Source: Candidatus Latescibacterota bacterium (GTDB taxonomy: Bacteria > Latescibacterota > UBA2968 > GCA-2709665). Taken from it: a stretch of 64,000 bases of DNA. A program made the translations under genes and the position numbers. The DNA is taken from positions 928,001 through 992,000 of the forward strand of contig OZ250150.1 in NCBI GenBank assembly GCA_965237675.1. The letters run 5' to 3'. The notes beneath the pieces are model-generated. The model saw only the letters and a list, made by a program, of their open reading frames with translations. It made no database searches and was not told the DNA's origin. Of the stretch, positions 42,200 through 54,086 are shown piece by piece (within the stretch, counting starts at the first letter, position 1; each line of letters opens with the position of its first letter).

Positions 42200-43312
42200 T
42201 CACACCGGATAGTTGACCTTCAGATCCTTGAAGTTATCGTTGAGCTTGAAAGCCTTACCTTCCGCGCGGGCGCGATCCCGGTCGATATTGTTGGCTTCCT
42301 TGACGAAGGCGTTGCTGACGACGTCCTCGGCCTTATAGTGGTTCTCGATCTGCCCGAGTTGGTGCACGGTGTCGATGTAGGCCTGCCAGGATTCCAGGTC
42401 GCTGTATCCGTACCCTTTGCCAACGCGGTCGCCGTCAAAGTAGTTCGTGCCCAACTCGAGCATGGAATCCATCGCAAGCTGGGGCGCCATCTGTTCGCGC
42501 AAGTCGGGAAAGCGGCCGTAGGTGATCTGACCTGCCGCACGCGGATTGGCTCGCGTAAACTCGTAGGCCAGACAATTGGCCTTGAAGAAGCGCGTCCAGA
42601 TGTCGACGCGGATTTCGTCCTTCAGATCGTCGCGGTGGATGGCATAACCGTTGGATGGATGATTGGAGAACTCCATCCCGACAAGGAACTTGAGCTTCAT
42701 TCCCAGGGCTTTCCACTGGGCGGCCAGCCCTCGCCATGCAAGTCCCGCGTCCGCGCGGCCGAGGGCGACCATCTGCCCCCACTGCGGGCCGCCATTCAGG
42801 TAGGTGACAGCCTTGGGGTCGACACCCGCTTCCACCAGGATGGGATCGATGATCACACGCCAGCCTTCGGAAGCGACGGCAATGGTTTTGCCTTCCAGGT
42901 CCTGGACTTTCGCAATAGGACTGTCTTCGGGCAGGGCGAAGTCGAAGACCTGCTTCATCACCATCTCCCAGACGAGCACAACCGGGATACCCGCGTCGAC
43001 ACTGGAAAGCAGTACGCCCGGAGACGGAAAACCGATGTCGGCCTGTTTCTGGCCCACAAGTTTGGTTACCGCCATCGCTTCGGTGGGACCGGGTTCCAAA
43101 ACGACATCCAGGTTCAGTTCCTTGAAGTAGCCCCTTTCGTGGGCAATCCACAGGTTGAAATCGTCCATCACTTCCAGGTTCCCACGGGGTGAGACCCATA
43201 CGATTTTGTCGGCCTCGCCAGCGCTGAGTGGGTTTGCCGGAAGACAAAACAGGACGCCCATGGCGGATGAATAACCCAGAAACTGGCGGCGTGTGACGGC
43301 ATTTTTCTTCAT
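42200..43312 (-). CDS. ABC transporter substrate-binding protein (NMT1/SsuA-like), Tat signal
   Basis: TRRQFL; GYFKELNLDV, DLEGKTIAV. Confidence 0.88.
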   Translation of the reverse strand: MKKNAVTRRQFLGYSSAMGVLFCLPANPLSAGEADKIVWVSPRGNLEVMDDFNLWIAHERGYFKELNLDVVLEPGPTEAMAVTKLVGQKQADIGFPSPGVLLSSVDAGIPVVLVWEMVMKQVFDFALPEDSPIAKVQDLEGKTIAVASEGWRVIIDPILVEAGVDPKAVTYLNGGPQWGQMVALGRADAGLAWRGLAAQWKALGMKLKFLVGMEFSNHPSNGYAIHRDDLKDEIRVDIWTRFFKANCLAYEFTRANPRAAGQITYGRFPDLREQMAPQLAMDSMLELGTNYFDGDRVGKGYGYSDLESWQAYIDTVHQLGQIENHYKAEDVVSNAFVKEANNIDRDRARAEGKAFKLNDNFKDLKVNYPV

Positions 43313-43600
43313 CTCTTTTCCTCCTGATTGACTCCTTGCAGTTCACAAGGGTGCTGGCGTGAATTATTCGCAAAGAGTTGTCGTATTTTTGAATAAGAGG
43401 TTGTTTTTCAATAAATTAATCGTAGGAAATAACGACAACTTTTGAAGCTGTGGGATCGGGTTGTCAAGAGTGATGTCGCACAGTCTATGGGGGACGGATT
43501 CATCGCTATAACCCGGAATAGGGAGCACGCTTCCTACTTTTCGTTTTTATCCCTTCCATCCTGTCCATCCATGTAAATTCCGGTTTCTGAATTATTTGGA

Positions 43601-44401
43601 CTAGTTTTCCCAATTCGCCCATTTCTTTCCGATCAGGTAAAAGGCGACGTATAGGCCGATGCCGATCGCGGCAATCAGGATAATTACGGCGAAAAAGCTG
43701 GACATGCGTGCGAGGGAGGAATAGTAGACCAGGCGATTGCCCAGGCCGGAACCGCCCCCCACCATCTCCGCGCCTATCGCGGTCAGCAGGCCGAAGATGC
43801 CTCCCACCATGAGTCCGACGATGATCATCGGCAGAGCGAGCGGAAAGCGGACCTTGTGGAAAATCTGAAGTGTCGTAGCGCCGTACGAGCGTGCGAGGGC
43901 GATTTTTGCCAGGTCGGTTCTGCGGAAGCCCGTGGCGGCGTTGATCATCACCATCGGGCCGACCGCGAGAGCAACCGCGATAACCCGTGGCGTCTGACCG
44001 AACCCGAACTTGAGGATCAGCAGGGGCACCAGGGCGAGCATGGGCGTGGTGACCAGAATGAGGATATACGGCGTCACGATTTTTTCCACAAAAGGAAACT
44101 GAGTGATGAGAGCGGCCAGAAGAATGCCGACGACAGCCCCGATAGCGTATCCCAGACCCAGTTCCTGAAGCGTGACCAGCAGATGCGGCAAGATTAACGG
44201 GAAGGACCGGTAGAGTGCGGATGCAATCTCACTCGGCAGCGGGAATACATAGGACGGAATGTCCCAGGCGCGGACCGCGAGTTCGGAAGCCGCCACGACG
44301 ACCAGCGCCACACCGGCGATCGCAGCGATCTGTACTCCGGCGAAACTCACGGAGGTCAGGGCTGACCAGTTAATGGGTTGCTTTTCGTCCTTAGTAGGCA
44401 T
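43601..44401 (-). CDS. ABC transporter permease (SsuC/TauC-like)
   Basis: TM segments; ARSYGAT..QIF.KV.FP.ALP, AEMVG. Confidence 0.9.
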   Translation of the reverse strand: MPTKDEKQPINWSALTSVSFAGVQIAAIAGVALVVVAASELAVRAWDIPSYVFPLPSEIASALYRSFPLILPHLLVTLQELGLGYAIGAVVGILLAALITQFPFVEKIVTPYILILVTTPMLALVPLLILKFGFGQTPRVIAVALAVGPMVMINAATGFRRTDLAKIALARSYGATTLQIFHKVRFPLALPMIIVGLMVGGIFGLLTAIGAEMVGGGSGLGNRLVYYSSLARMSSFFAVIILIAAIGIGLYVAFYLIGKKWANWEN

Positions 44402-44678
44402 GGGGCGAACCCGAGGCGAAGTGTTCTGTCCCGGAAATAGATTGCCGAAATTCGGCCGTCCAGAAGCAGCAAATACAGCTATAAGCCGTCAGCGCCGTGA
44501 CCTCTCCCCCCGGCCCCCTCTCCTAAAGGAAAGGGGGAGACGAGCGTTGACCCGTAACAATATGTCGCGTGGATTCTTTAACTGTCGTTATGTCGTCAAC
44601 CAATGACAGTTCTCCCCTTCCTTCAGGAAGGGGGAAAGGGGGTAGGTCTTGCGCTCCGCTGCACGTGGCCGGCTTTGG

Positions 44679-45467
44679 TCAGGCCGACGCGGTGTCGTTT
44701 TGAACGTCATGGAAAATGGTCTGTTTGATTTCCGCGACGATCTCGAAAAAATGGGGTTCGGCCGTAACGGATAACGGGCGGGGGCGTGGCAGATCGATGT
44801 CATAGATTCTTGAGTTCCTGCCCGGACGGGGGGTCATCACGTAGATCCGGTCGGAGAGGTAGACGGCTTCGGGGATCTGATGGGTGACGAAGACGATGGT
44901 CTTACGGGACTGTTCCCAGATGTTGAGGAGCATCAGATTCATTTCGTCCCGTGTGAACGCGTCCAAAGCGCCGAAGGGTTCGTCCATGAGCAGAACCCGC
45001 GGGTCGTACGCCAGCGCCCGGACGATGGAAGCCCGTTGCTGCATGCCGCCCGAGAGTTCGCGCGGATAGTGATGTTCAAAGCCCTTCAGTGCCGTGATCT
45101 CGATCAGGTCATCGATACGATCCCGGTAGCGTTCGGGGTCTTCCCGCATGATTTCAAATGGAAAACGGATATTCTGCAGCAGGTTCCGCCACGGCAGCAG
45201 GTTGGAGGTCTGGAAGACCATGCCGATCTCGCGCCGGGGTTCCAGGACCTCCTGTCCGTTTACGGTAATTCTCCCCTCGGTGAGTGGCCAGAGCGCGGCC
45301 ATCGCCCATAGCAAGGTGCTCTTTCCGCAACCGCTTGGCCCGACGATGGAAACGAACTGGCCTTCCCGCACGGCCATATCGAAGCCGTCCAGGGCCTGGA
45401 CCTCCCCGCGGTCTCCGGTAAAGGTCTTGCACGCATTCTCTACGGTGATGATGGGTGGGTTTTGCAT
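44679..45467 (-). CDS. ABC transporter ATP-binding protein
   Basis: GPSGCGKS, LSGGMQQR, LLMDEPFGALD, FVTH. Confidence 0.95.
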   Translation of the reverse strand: MQNPPIITVENACKTFTGDRGEVQALDGFDMAVREGQFVSIVGPSGCGKSTLLWAMAALWPLTEGRITVNGQEVLEPRREIGMVFQTSNLLPWRNLLQNIRFPFEIMREDPERYRDRIDDLIEITALKGFEHHYPRELSGGMQQRASIVRALAYDPRVLLMDEPFGALDAFTRDEMNLMLLNIWEQSRKTIVFVTHQIPEAVYLSDRIYVMTPRPGRNSRIYDIDLPRPRPLSVTAEPHFFEIVAEIKQTIFHDVQNDTASA

Positions 45468-45763
45468 CAGATAAGAAAACAGGAACGCCACGACACCACG
45501 CGGCATGAAGGCGAGACACTCGAGCTTGCACGGGACATGGGGCGGAATCGTGGCGGGTTGGAGGCGACAAAAGGGCGAACGGGAGTATATTCGATTTCGT
45601 GAATTGCAACAAGGGATTTTTTGCACGGCGCGAAGCAGCGAACAGCGATCAGCCTGAAGCGAAAGGCGGTGAGACGACCTCTCCCCCCGGCCCCCTCTCC
45701 TGCGAGGAGAGGGGGAGGAGAACCAGGGGATGAGCCACAAATTGTGTCGCGTCTCAGGTTTTC

Positions 45764-45790
45764 GTAGGGGCGGTTCGCGAACCGCCCGTG
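45764..45790. repeat. GTAG-type REP palindrome
   Basis: GTAGGGGCGGTTCGCGAACCGCCC; relatives near 46476-46527, 48168-48194 and 59153-59168. Confidence 0.7.
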
Positions 45791-46808
45791 CAGCGTACAG
45801 GATGGGTTAGAATCGCCACGACGCGAGATGTAAGAAGGCCAGCCCTCGACCCGGGGGGCACCAATCAGTCAACAGCAGTTAGCTTTAGGTAAAAACCAAA
45901 AATCCACATCTCACCAAATTCCCTGCCTCCGGCGGGTTCCTTAAAACCGTGAGACGTTAGACGGGAGAGGGAAGAAGACCACGCCGCCACCCACCAGTTT
46001 CGCGCCCTCTTTAGTGATCTGTCTCTATTTGCCCGTTAGCAGGAGACCGGTTCAGAGGGTGAAATATGACAAAGTCTTTAAACCCTCTACCGTCTCGCCT
46101 CTTACCTCTTACCGCTTTTACAAAAGTCGCCGCTGGGCGCGGGGCCTTCCATATGCACAGCGCAAATTACCTCACGAGATGCACATAATCCTCTGCCCTA
46201 CCAGCCACGGAAGTACATCAAACCTCATTGCGGGATGGACTAGCGCGCTCTGCTCTGGTTGTGCTCTGTAATGGCAGCGCATCGGGAATCAGCCCGGATA
46301 ACTCATTGCGAGCAGCCGACAGAGGCCAGCAATCAGTCAAAACCGGTTTGCGATACCGCCTGGCGATATCAAATTCGCGGATGCCCGGCTTATGCATGGG
46401 CGACCGGCCGGTCGCCCATGCAAATGCAACGACGGCGCCAAACGCCAGATCCGGATATCGCGCATTTCAGTTACTTGTAGGGGCCTGCCTACTGACGCAG
46501 ACGAGGCAGGCGGTTCGTGAACCGCCCGCCTTTCTCGGCAATCCTTTTGGGACAGCCTCGGGATCCGTTTCGGGACCACATTGTAGCCGAATGTCTGTGT
46601 ATGTCTGTCCAGGTGCGGCGTGATGGGCGCCGTACAGCAATCCAAGAACCTCGAAACGGACAATACAATGGTTTTTTGCCTCATTGATGACAAAATAAAT
46701 AAAGTTATTACACTTAATAACTGTTTTTTGATTGTATACAATTCGTTACATTTTCCGTATCGCAGATACACAGCCGCACATAGAGCACCGACGTGAAGGA
46801 GACTCACT

Positions 46809-47804
46809 ATGAAAGTCGACTCTGATTGCCTTCGTACACTGCGCCAACGGAAGAAACTATCACGGCCCGATCTTGAACGGGTTTCCGGAATTACTGTGCG
46901 CACGATCCAGCGCCTGGAAAATGAACCGGATAAGTGTCGGAAAACCCGTGAAGACACTGTGAACGAACTGGCGAAAGCGCTAGATGTCGAACCGGGTGTG
47001 CTCACGGGTGAACTGCCCCTTCCAGAGCCCGATGAAGCGCCCGCTTCCGAACCCGACCCCGTCCGGATCGGCGCTCAGATCGCCCCTAAGGTCCGGCTCG
47101 CCTACGATCTCATCAAACGCCGGTACGGCGTCAACGCAACCGATGTCATCACGATGGCGCCGCTGTTTTTTGCGCTGCTAGCGGAGGGAAGCCTTACATG
47201 GCGACGAGAGAAATCGCAGTTAGCGGATGATGGATTCGACCTCTTATTGAAATCAGGAATCGCCCATGACGTCCTGGATGAACCCTTTCGGAATGAAGAC
47301 GAGTCTATCGACAAGGCCGATATCTTCGGCGAGCATCTGTTTATTAATGAATTTGGTCCCGAACCCTTCGATCCCTCCATAGAGAACCCATTCGCCAACT
47401 ACCTGTGTAAGTTACCTGATGACCTCGAAATCCACTCTGGCGTTGTAAACGTGGACAATGGCGGTCTGAGTTTCGGCTCACCGGCGGAGTTCCCGGACTA
47501 CAATATTTGGAACGACGAGATCGAACGCATTACTAACGGTTCTGCCGCTGCAAAAAGAGCTCTTGAGACGGGATTTGCACGGCTTCTGGACATTCCCGAG
47601 GAACTGATGGCCGAAGACAAGGATGCTGAACGCCAGCAATGGCTTGAAGACCGCCTCCCGCCCATCTACAAGGGTCCAAAAATGGATGTACTCGCGCGAA
47701 TGACGGCCTTGTCGCCAACTGGTGACAAAGTGCGGGATATCTTTAAGGATGTGCATCCACGAAAGAACACTTCCGAAACAGAAGACGAAGGAGACGATCA
47801 ATGA
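46809..47804 (+). CDS. XRE-family HTH protein with a long C-terminal domain
   Basis: LRTLRQRKKLSR.DL...SGITVRTIQRLE...LAKALDV; RBS AAGGAG. Confidence 0.85.
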   Translation: MKVDSDCLRTLRQRKKLSRPDLERVSGITVRTIQRLENEPDKCRKTREDTVNELAKALDVEPGVLTGELPLPEPDEAPASEPDPVRIGAQIAPKVRLAYDLIKRRYGVNATDVITMAPLFFALLAEGSLTWRREKSQLADDGFDLLLKSGIAHDVLDEPFRNEDESIDKADIFGEHLFINEFGPEPFDPSIENPFANYLCKLPDDLEIHSGVVNVDNGGLSFGSPAEFPDYNIWNDEIERITNGSAAAKRALETGFARLLDIPEELMAEDKDAERQQWLEDRLPPIYKGPKMDVLARMTALSPTGDKVRDIFKDVHPRKNTSETEDEGDDQ

Positions 47805-48100
47805 GTAATCTGACCTTTTCCCGTCACGCCGAGACGCGCACGCAGCAACGGGCGATTCGGAAAGAGGACGTCCGGCTAATTCAGGAATTCGGGACACCTG
47901 TCGACGCAGACACCTGGTTGATGCGAAGCCGGGACGTTGCCCGAGAGATCGAAAACCGCAAGCGGGAGATCCGCGCATTGAGCCGCCTCAGGAATCGCAA
48001 GGTCGTCATTTGCGGAGAGCGCGTCATCACGGCGTATCCCTCACGGCCCGCAGACCAGAAACGCGCGCTGCGCCGTGGAAGGCAGAAGGGGTATCTGTAA
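47801..48100 (+). CDS. DUF4258-like small basic protein, putative toxin
   Basis: FSRHAETR.QQRAI...VITAY; ATGA overlap with the XRE gene. Confidence 0.6.
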   Translation: MSNLTFSRHAETRTQQRAIRKEDVRLIQEFGTPVDADTWLMRSRDVAREIENRKREIRALSRLRNRKVVICGERVITAYPSRPADQKRALRRGRQKGYL

Positions 48101-48306
48101 CCTCGACTCGTCAAAGACTCCGTCCCACCGACGGTCACGCCTTCACCTCCCCATCACTCCCCCGCCTTGTAGGGGCGTCCCTTGTGGGCGCCCGGCCTCC
48201 GGCGGCGGTGGGGGGATAGCGACCGTATGGAGAGCTCGAAAGATCGTTGGCTCGTACCGCCAATTTTCCAATCCCGACATTTGACAGCTATGGCAGGAGG
48301 CGTAAA

Positions 48307-48984
48307 ATGGAACAGAAAAATAAGACGATCCGCGATGAAATACATGAGATCATAAACATGCACGAATCGGATAGCCCGGATGATCATTGGCTAAGTACAA
48401 ACGAATCGATCGAGACGGTTTCGGACTTCGAGATGTTTGCAGAACAGTTAAAACGAACCGCGGATGACCCTCACCGATGGAAATGGGCCATTATCGCGCT
48501 GCACAGCGGCCTCCAAGGCATGATGGTTCTCGCGCTTAAAGGAAGCAACGGCTTGAATGTTTTAAGCGACGAAAACAAGAAACAATGGCTAAAATGGCAC
48601 AACAGCGACCGATGCGACAAGGCGCGCCCAAAGGATTTAAAGCTGGCGAGTTTTCTTGGGCTTTATAAGAGGATCAAAAGCGACAAAATGAACATGTACG
48701 TTCAAAGCCGGAAATTCCGCCCCTCCGAGACACATGACCGATCTGTCGGACTATTAAACAATACAAGAAACGACTTTATCCACTTCACGCCCAAAGTCTG
48801 GGGACTCGAACTCGGCGGACTTCCCGAGATAGCAACAGATTGCCTTGAATTAGCCGAATTTCTGGCGTGAGAATCCGGCAATGTACGATTCCGGTTGTCA
48901 ATTAAACCTGACCTGGAGGATAGACTACAGGACGCATTTACTTCTGCCGACGAGTCTCTGTGGGCGTTTCGGCAGCAAGGGTAA
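48307..48984 (+). pseudogene. HEPN-like protein with a probable premature TGA at 48868-48870
   Basis: RNDFIH (Rx4H) motif; the frame stays open for 37 codons after the TGA; RBS AGGAGG. Confidence 0.55.
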
Positions 48985-49069
48985 CAAAACGACGACACAA
49001 ACGCCCTGTCTAAAGACGGTTATTATCGAGCGTATTTTAGCCATCAGGACGCAACTAAAGGAGCAAACC

Positions 49070-49867
49070 GTGTCAATATCTCGGGATGATAAGAATCGAC
49101 TATACGCGGCCCTCCGATCTGTACTGAACAATCTATCGGTCCAAAACATAAGAAATACAGTCGCCGCTGCCGGGTTCGACGTTTCGCAGATCACAGCCAA
49201 AGCCGAAGCGCGGAGTGGCCTCGGCAGTCGAGCGGAGGTGATGCCGGCAGTGGATCGGCTGTTCGGAAAAATGAATGAATCTGCACAAGAGACGGCATTG
49301 CGTATATTAGCAGAGCGACTTACGGAACACAATCCTGATCTGCGGACCAGTACCCAGGACATTCTGGGCCGTCATGGTTACCAGTTTATCGACGGCAACT
49401 TCATCCCTGTGCATGAACTTGATGCAAGGGAGGCCAGGTTTATCCCAAAATCTGCCGCAAACGAGCTTGGCCGGGCCATGTCTCGACTTATCGATGATGA
49501 CTATAGTGGCGCCATCACATCGGCCTGCGGCGCGGTGGACCTGGTAACCCAATCCATCTATGAAAACCAAGATATTGGAAATCCGGGACGCGTTTCATTT
49601 CAGACAAAGGTAAACACGGCCCTTAAGCGGTTGGGCGTATTCGAGGCGATGAGCGAGGAGTTCGTTAGCATTGGCATGAAGCCTGAGGATGTTTCAGCCG
49701 CTGTTGACCACATGAAGAAATCCTGCAACCACGCGGCACACGCTCTCCAGGTACTCCGCCGCGCGATGGGAGATACCCACGGCTCAAAGCCAGCGTTGCG
49801 CCAGACAGCCTATGACGCAGTAAAATGGTCGTCCGCGATCTGTGGGCTTCTTCAACGAGATGGGTGA
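49070..49867 (+). CDS. abortive infection (Abi_C/HEPN-like) family protein
   Basis: DDYSGAITSAC..V and LRRAMGDTHG motifs; GTG start after AAGGAG. Confidence 0.65.
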   Translation: MSISRDDKNRLYAALRSVLNNLSVQNIRNTVAAAGFDVSQITAKAEARSGLGSRAEVMPAVDRLFGKMNESAQETALRILAERLTEHNPDLRTSTQDILGRHGYQFIDGNFIPVHELDAREARFIPKSAANELGRAMSRLIDDDYSGAITSACGAVDLVTQSIYENQDIGNPGRVSFQTKVNTALKRLGVFEAMSEEFVSIGMKPEDVSAAVDHMKKSCNHAAHALQVLRRAMGDTHGSKPALRQTAYDAVKWSSAICGLLQRDG

Positions 49868-51438
49868 GGCCAGGACTCCGTTTTCGGCCGCCAGGTTTTG
49901 CCAGTTGAAGAGCCACATTGAGAGGAAACCGACTCGACGGATATTGGACAACCGCCGCCCCGTCGCTCGTGCTTTGGAACGCACATAAAAACGCGAAACT
50001 AAAACGTAAATCCATCTGAAATCCGCCTCACATTGGTCTTGACTCTGTGGTCGCCTTTAGACTACACTTTGATTTCCGAACCGCCAGGATATTTCGTCGT
50101 TCAAGCCCACAGGGAGCATAGATCGATGCGAATGATTCAATTTCTGATGTGTCTAAACGCATTATTCGGTGGTTGTTTCACTTCTTTCAGCCATGCCTCG
50201 CCAGAGTCGGCCGAAACCGTCCATTTCTGCCTGCCCCTCGACATTGAGCAAATGTCGGCACGTGACAGCACCTACGCCGCGAGCAAGCAGGCGTTGAATT
50301 TGAACGTCGGACCCCCGCGTACGGTCAGGATGATCTATTTCCTCCCCAACGACCGGCCGTACCGCGCCAGCGTGGTGGACTCGATGAGAAGGACCATTCG
50401 CCAGATTCAGACCTTCTATGGCGAGCAGATGCAGGCGCACGGTTACGGATACAAGACACTCGCTGTTGAATCCGATGCATCCGGGGAACCGATAGTCCAT
50501 CGCGTAGCTGGTAAGTATCCCGTCAACCATTACTCTGACGACACCTTCCAAAGGGTGTTTGAAGAGATTGGCCAAGTTTTCGACATCCAAGCGAATATAT
50601 ATCTTCTTGTCCTTGACAATGGTGTAAATACGGTTGTTTCCCGAGGTCGTGAGGTCCTCGGCGTAGGAGGCCAAACGGGAAAAGGTGGAGGTGTTGGGTT
50701 GGTTTCTGGGGATTTTGTTTTTATTACCGTGGCCCACGAAATTGGACACGCCTTTGGCTTGAAACACGATTTCAACGACGGCACCAATATTATGTCGTAC
50801 GGACTGGGACGGGATCGGTTGTCAGCGTGTAGTGCCAGTGTTTTGGCGATACACCCGTATTTTAGTGCCGGAGTTGGAACGACGGAAGGGCCCGGGCCAA
50901 CTGTTGAACTGATTTCGGAGACTCGCTATCGTGCTGGCTTAAAAAGCGTTCCCGTGAAAGTTAGAATACGCGATTCGGATGGGCTTCATTTGGTGATCTT
51001 ATTTGTCCCAACAAGAGAACCGCATCCTGCAGCCGAATTCCTTGAGGTGAAGGCGTGTCGCATATTGGAAGGTGAACGCGTGGCGGTCGTTGAATTTGAC
51101 TATAACGGCGTTATTCCATCTAAAAAAGGCTTTTCAAGCCTAATCAAACATGACGAACACCCGATTATTATTAAAGCGTTTGATACAGCCGGGGATGGTG
51201 GCCAAAAAGCCGACGACAACGGCGTAGGATGGGCGTCTTTCACGCTCTCAAAGATCCCGCCCGAGAATGTGCCGCTTTTGACCTTTGAGCATTATGGAGG
51301 TGGCCTTATCTCATTTTCGCCCGATGGCGCAATCCTTGCTGGTCGCACTTCCCTTTTCGAAAAGACGAGGTTTATTATAGTAGCGTTAATCTGTGGTCTA
51401 CCGCAGCAACCCACGGCGATAACTCAAGAAGACCTCTA

Positions 51439-52660
51439 GTACCCTTTGACGGCTAAAGCGCCGCGTAGTCTGGATACAGCTTTCTCAGCTTGATCCGAGC
51501 ATCGTTGGTCGTGAACCGCCAATTGACAGCCTTGCTTTTATTGTTGCGATCGTTCATCCAGGCGGAAGTCTGCTCTTTGAGTGATTCGATATCGGGGATG
51601 CGTTCCTTCAAGCATTGGTTGCTCAAGACGCTGAGTTCGATCTCGGCGATGTTGAGCCAGCTCCCGTGTTTGGGCGTGTAGTGGATTTCGAGACGTTTGG
51701 CCAGACGGCGAGCTTCTTCGGGTGAGAACGCCTCGTAGAGTGCCGCGGGAGTGTGTGTGTTGAGGTTATCACACACCAAGACGACGGTTTCGGCTTCACA
51801 GTAGTCCGTATCAAGTAGATCCTTGATCTCTTGAGCCCAGTCCACTGCGGTCTTGCGTTGTCTTACACGGACCTTGCGCCAGCCCGCCAGCGGTTCGGTG
51901 AACATGAAGTTCACGGCTGTTCCGTTACGTTCATACTCGTAGTCGTAGCGTTCAGATTGGCCCGGACGTGTTGCGACCACACTACGAGTCTCCTTGACCA
52001 ACTGGACCGGGTGTTCGTCCATATTGACAACGGGCCTCCTGGCGTCGTAGGGCCGCTGATAGACGTCCAAGACATCCTCCATCGCGGCGACAAACGCGGC
52101 GTTCTGCTTGGGCGGAATCACCCAGCACCTTCTCAGGTGAGGCCTAAGTTTGTTTTTTTTAGCGTCCGTTGCACCGTTCGGTATGAGATGCTATCGATGA
52201 TCTCCAGGACCACGAGTTCATCGGCCAGCAGCTTCAGCGTCCACCGCTTATGTCCCTTTGGAGGTTCACTGCAAGCCAACGCGATCAATCGGGCTTCCTT
52301 AGCACCATCGAGCTTTCTTTCGGTGGGAGGATTGGCTCGCTTCTTTCGCTCAAGGGCTGAATCCAGTCCCTCCAACACAAAACGCTTCCGGATGCCCTCA
52401 ACCGTAGACCGATTGCACGAAAAGGCCTCCGTGATCTGCCGATCCAGCCAGGCCGGACCCGCTGCATCGGCCTTGAGAAGTATGTGAGCGTGCCTTATTC
52501 GGTAGGCTTGCGTCTTGCCTTTGCTTACCAGATCCTGCAGACGCTCCCGTTCTTCGGGTCTCAGACGTACGACGTATTTCTTCGGCATGCCGATGGCTCC
52601 TTCGTCTTGAGGGGAGACATCAAACTATAGGCACGCGCAGTCTTAGAAGTCAATAGGTAC
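51439..52660 (-). mobile_element. IS630-family element with split transposase (52133..52588 and 51453..52121)
   Basis: MDE, CDNLNTH, WLNIAEIE; A8 slippery run near 52153-52160; inverted repeats GTACCCTTTGAC and GTCAATAGGTAC; TA duplication in CTAG. Confidence 0.95.
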
Positions 52661-52834
52661 TAGACAGACTTGACGGTAACAACGGGCCCGTCAGTTCGGT
52701 GGCGTTTTCGCCCGACGGTACATTGCTTGCGGCAGGAAAAAATGATCACTCTGCTTCAACGAGCATTGTTGAACTGTGGGATGTTGCGCAGTCAACGCCG
52801 GTCCGACGCCTTACCGCGACCTTAGATGGGCCTA

Positions 52835-54086
52835 GTGGTCGATTTCAGAAATAGGTATAATGTTGTCTGGAACCGGGTGTGTGCTTATAATAAGGTTGTC
52901 TCCCCGACCGCGTTGGGAGGTAACCGATGCCTGGACCGAAGCCGAAGTATCAACCCGAGTTTGAGACGGAGGAGATCGCAGAGGCTCGTAGGATTGCACG
53001 ACAACGAACGGCACCCAGCTCCCATGTTCACCGGGCCAAGATGGTCGTGATCTTGTCGGAGCATCCGGACATCTCGCACGAGAGGCTGGCTCAAGCCGTT
53101 GGGGTGCACCCGAGAACGGTGATGAAATGGCGAAAGCGCTGGTCGGTTGAGGGTTTTTCACTGTTGGATCAGCCTCGTAGTGGAAGACCCCCGGTTTTTC
53201 CCCCCCGAAAGCGTCGCTGAAATTAAGGCCATCGCCTGCCAATTGCCAGCCGTGCGGGAGATCCCGCTTTCCCGCTTCAGCCTCGCAGAGATGCTTCGGG
53301 AAATCCGTTCGGAGTCCACCGTGTCGATCTCCAGGAGCACGCTGTGGCGTCTCCTCAAACAGGACGCCATTCGTCCCTGGTTTCACCGATCCTGGATCTC
53401 TGTCAAGGATCCGCGCTTTCTGGAAAAAGCGGGCCCCGTTTTGGATCTGTATCAAGGTGATTATGAGGGCGTGCCACTGGGGCCCAAAGACTACGTCCTC
53501 AGTGCGGACGAGAAATCGCAGCTCCAGATCCTGGAGCGGGAGTTCCCGTGTTCACCGCCGGGACCGGGCAAACCCATTCACTGTGAGTCGGACTACAAGC
53601 GCCACGGGACCGTGGCCTACCTGGCCGCACTCGATATCAGAAGCGGAAAAATCTTTGGTCGTGTGGATCAAACCACGGGGATCGAACCCTTTCAGGCTCT
53701 GGTCGACCTCGTGATGAAGCAGGAGCCGTATGCTTCGGCCGAACGCGTGTTCTGGATCCTCGACAATGGGGCTTCCCATCACCCGTCGACCTCCCCTGCG
53801 CGACTCCGGAAGGCTTACCCGAACCTGATCGCCATCCATCTTCCCGTCCACGCAAGCTGGCTCAACCAAATCGAGATCTACTTCTCTATCCTTCAAAGAA
53901 AGGCACTTACGCCCAACGACCTCGCAGACAGAAAGCAAATGGAAGACCGAATCCTCGGTTTTGAGCGCCGCTACAACCAAACTTCCAGACCCTTCAACTG
54001 GCGATTCACCCGCAACGACCTCGAAGAAAGGCTCCGCGAACTCAAAATCGCCGCCTAACTTGATACTAACTTCTGAAATCGACCAC
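52835..54086 (+). mobile_element. IS630-family element with split transposase (52927..53220 and 53147..54058)
   Basis: ADEKSQ, LDNG, WLNQIE; TTTTTCCCCCCC slippery site near 53195-53206; perfect 16-bp inverted repeat GTGGTCGATTTCAGAA; TA duplication in CTAG. Confidence 0.95.

Noticed and set aside
48868-48870. In-frame TGA in the HEPN-like gene as Sec or genetic-code reassignment
   Set aside because: The context FLA*ESG fits a TGG-to-TGA nonsense change better, and TGA is a normal stop for many intact genes in the window.
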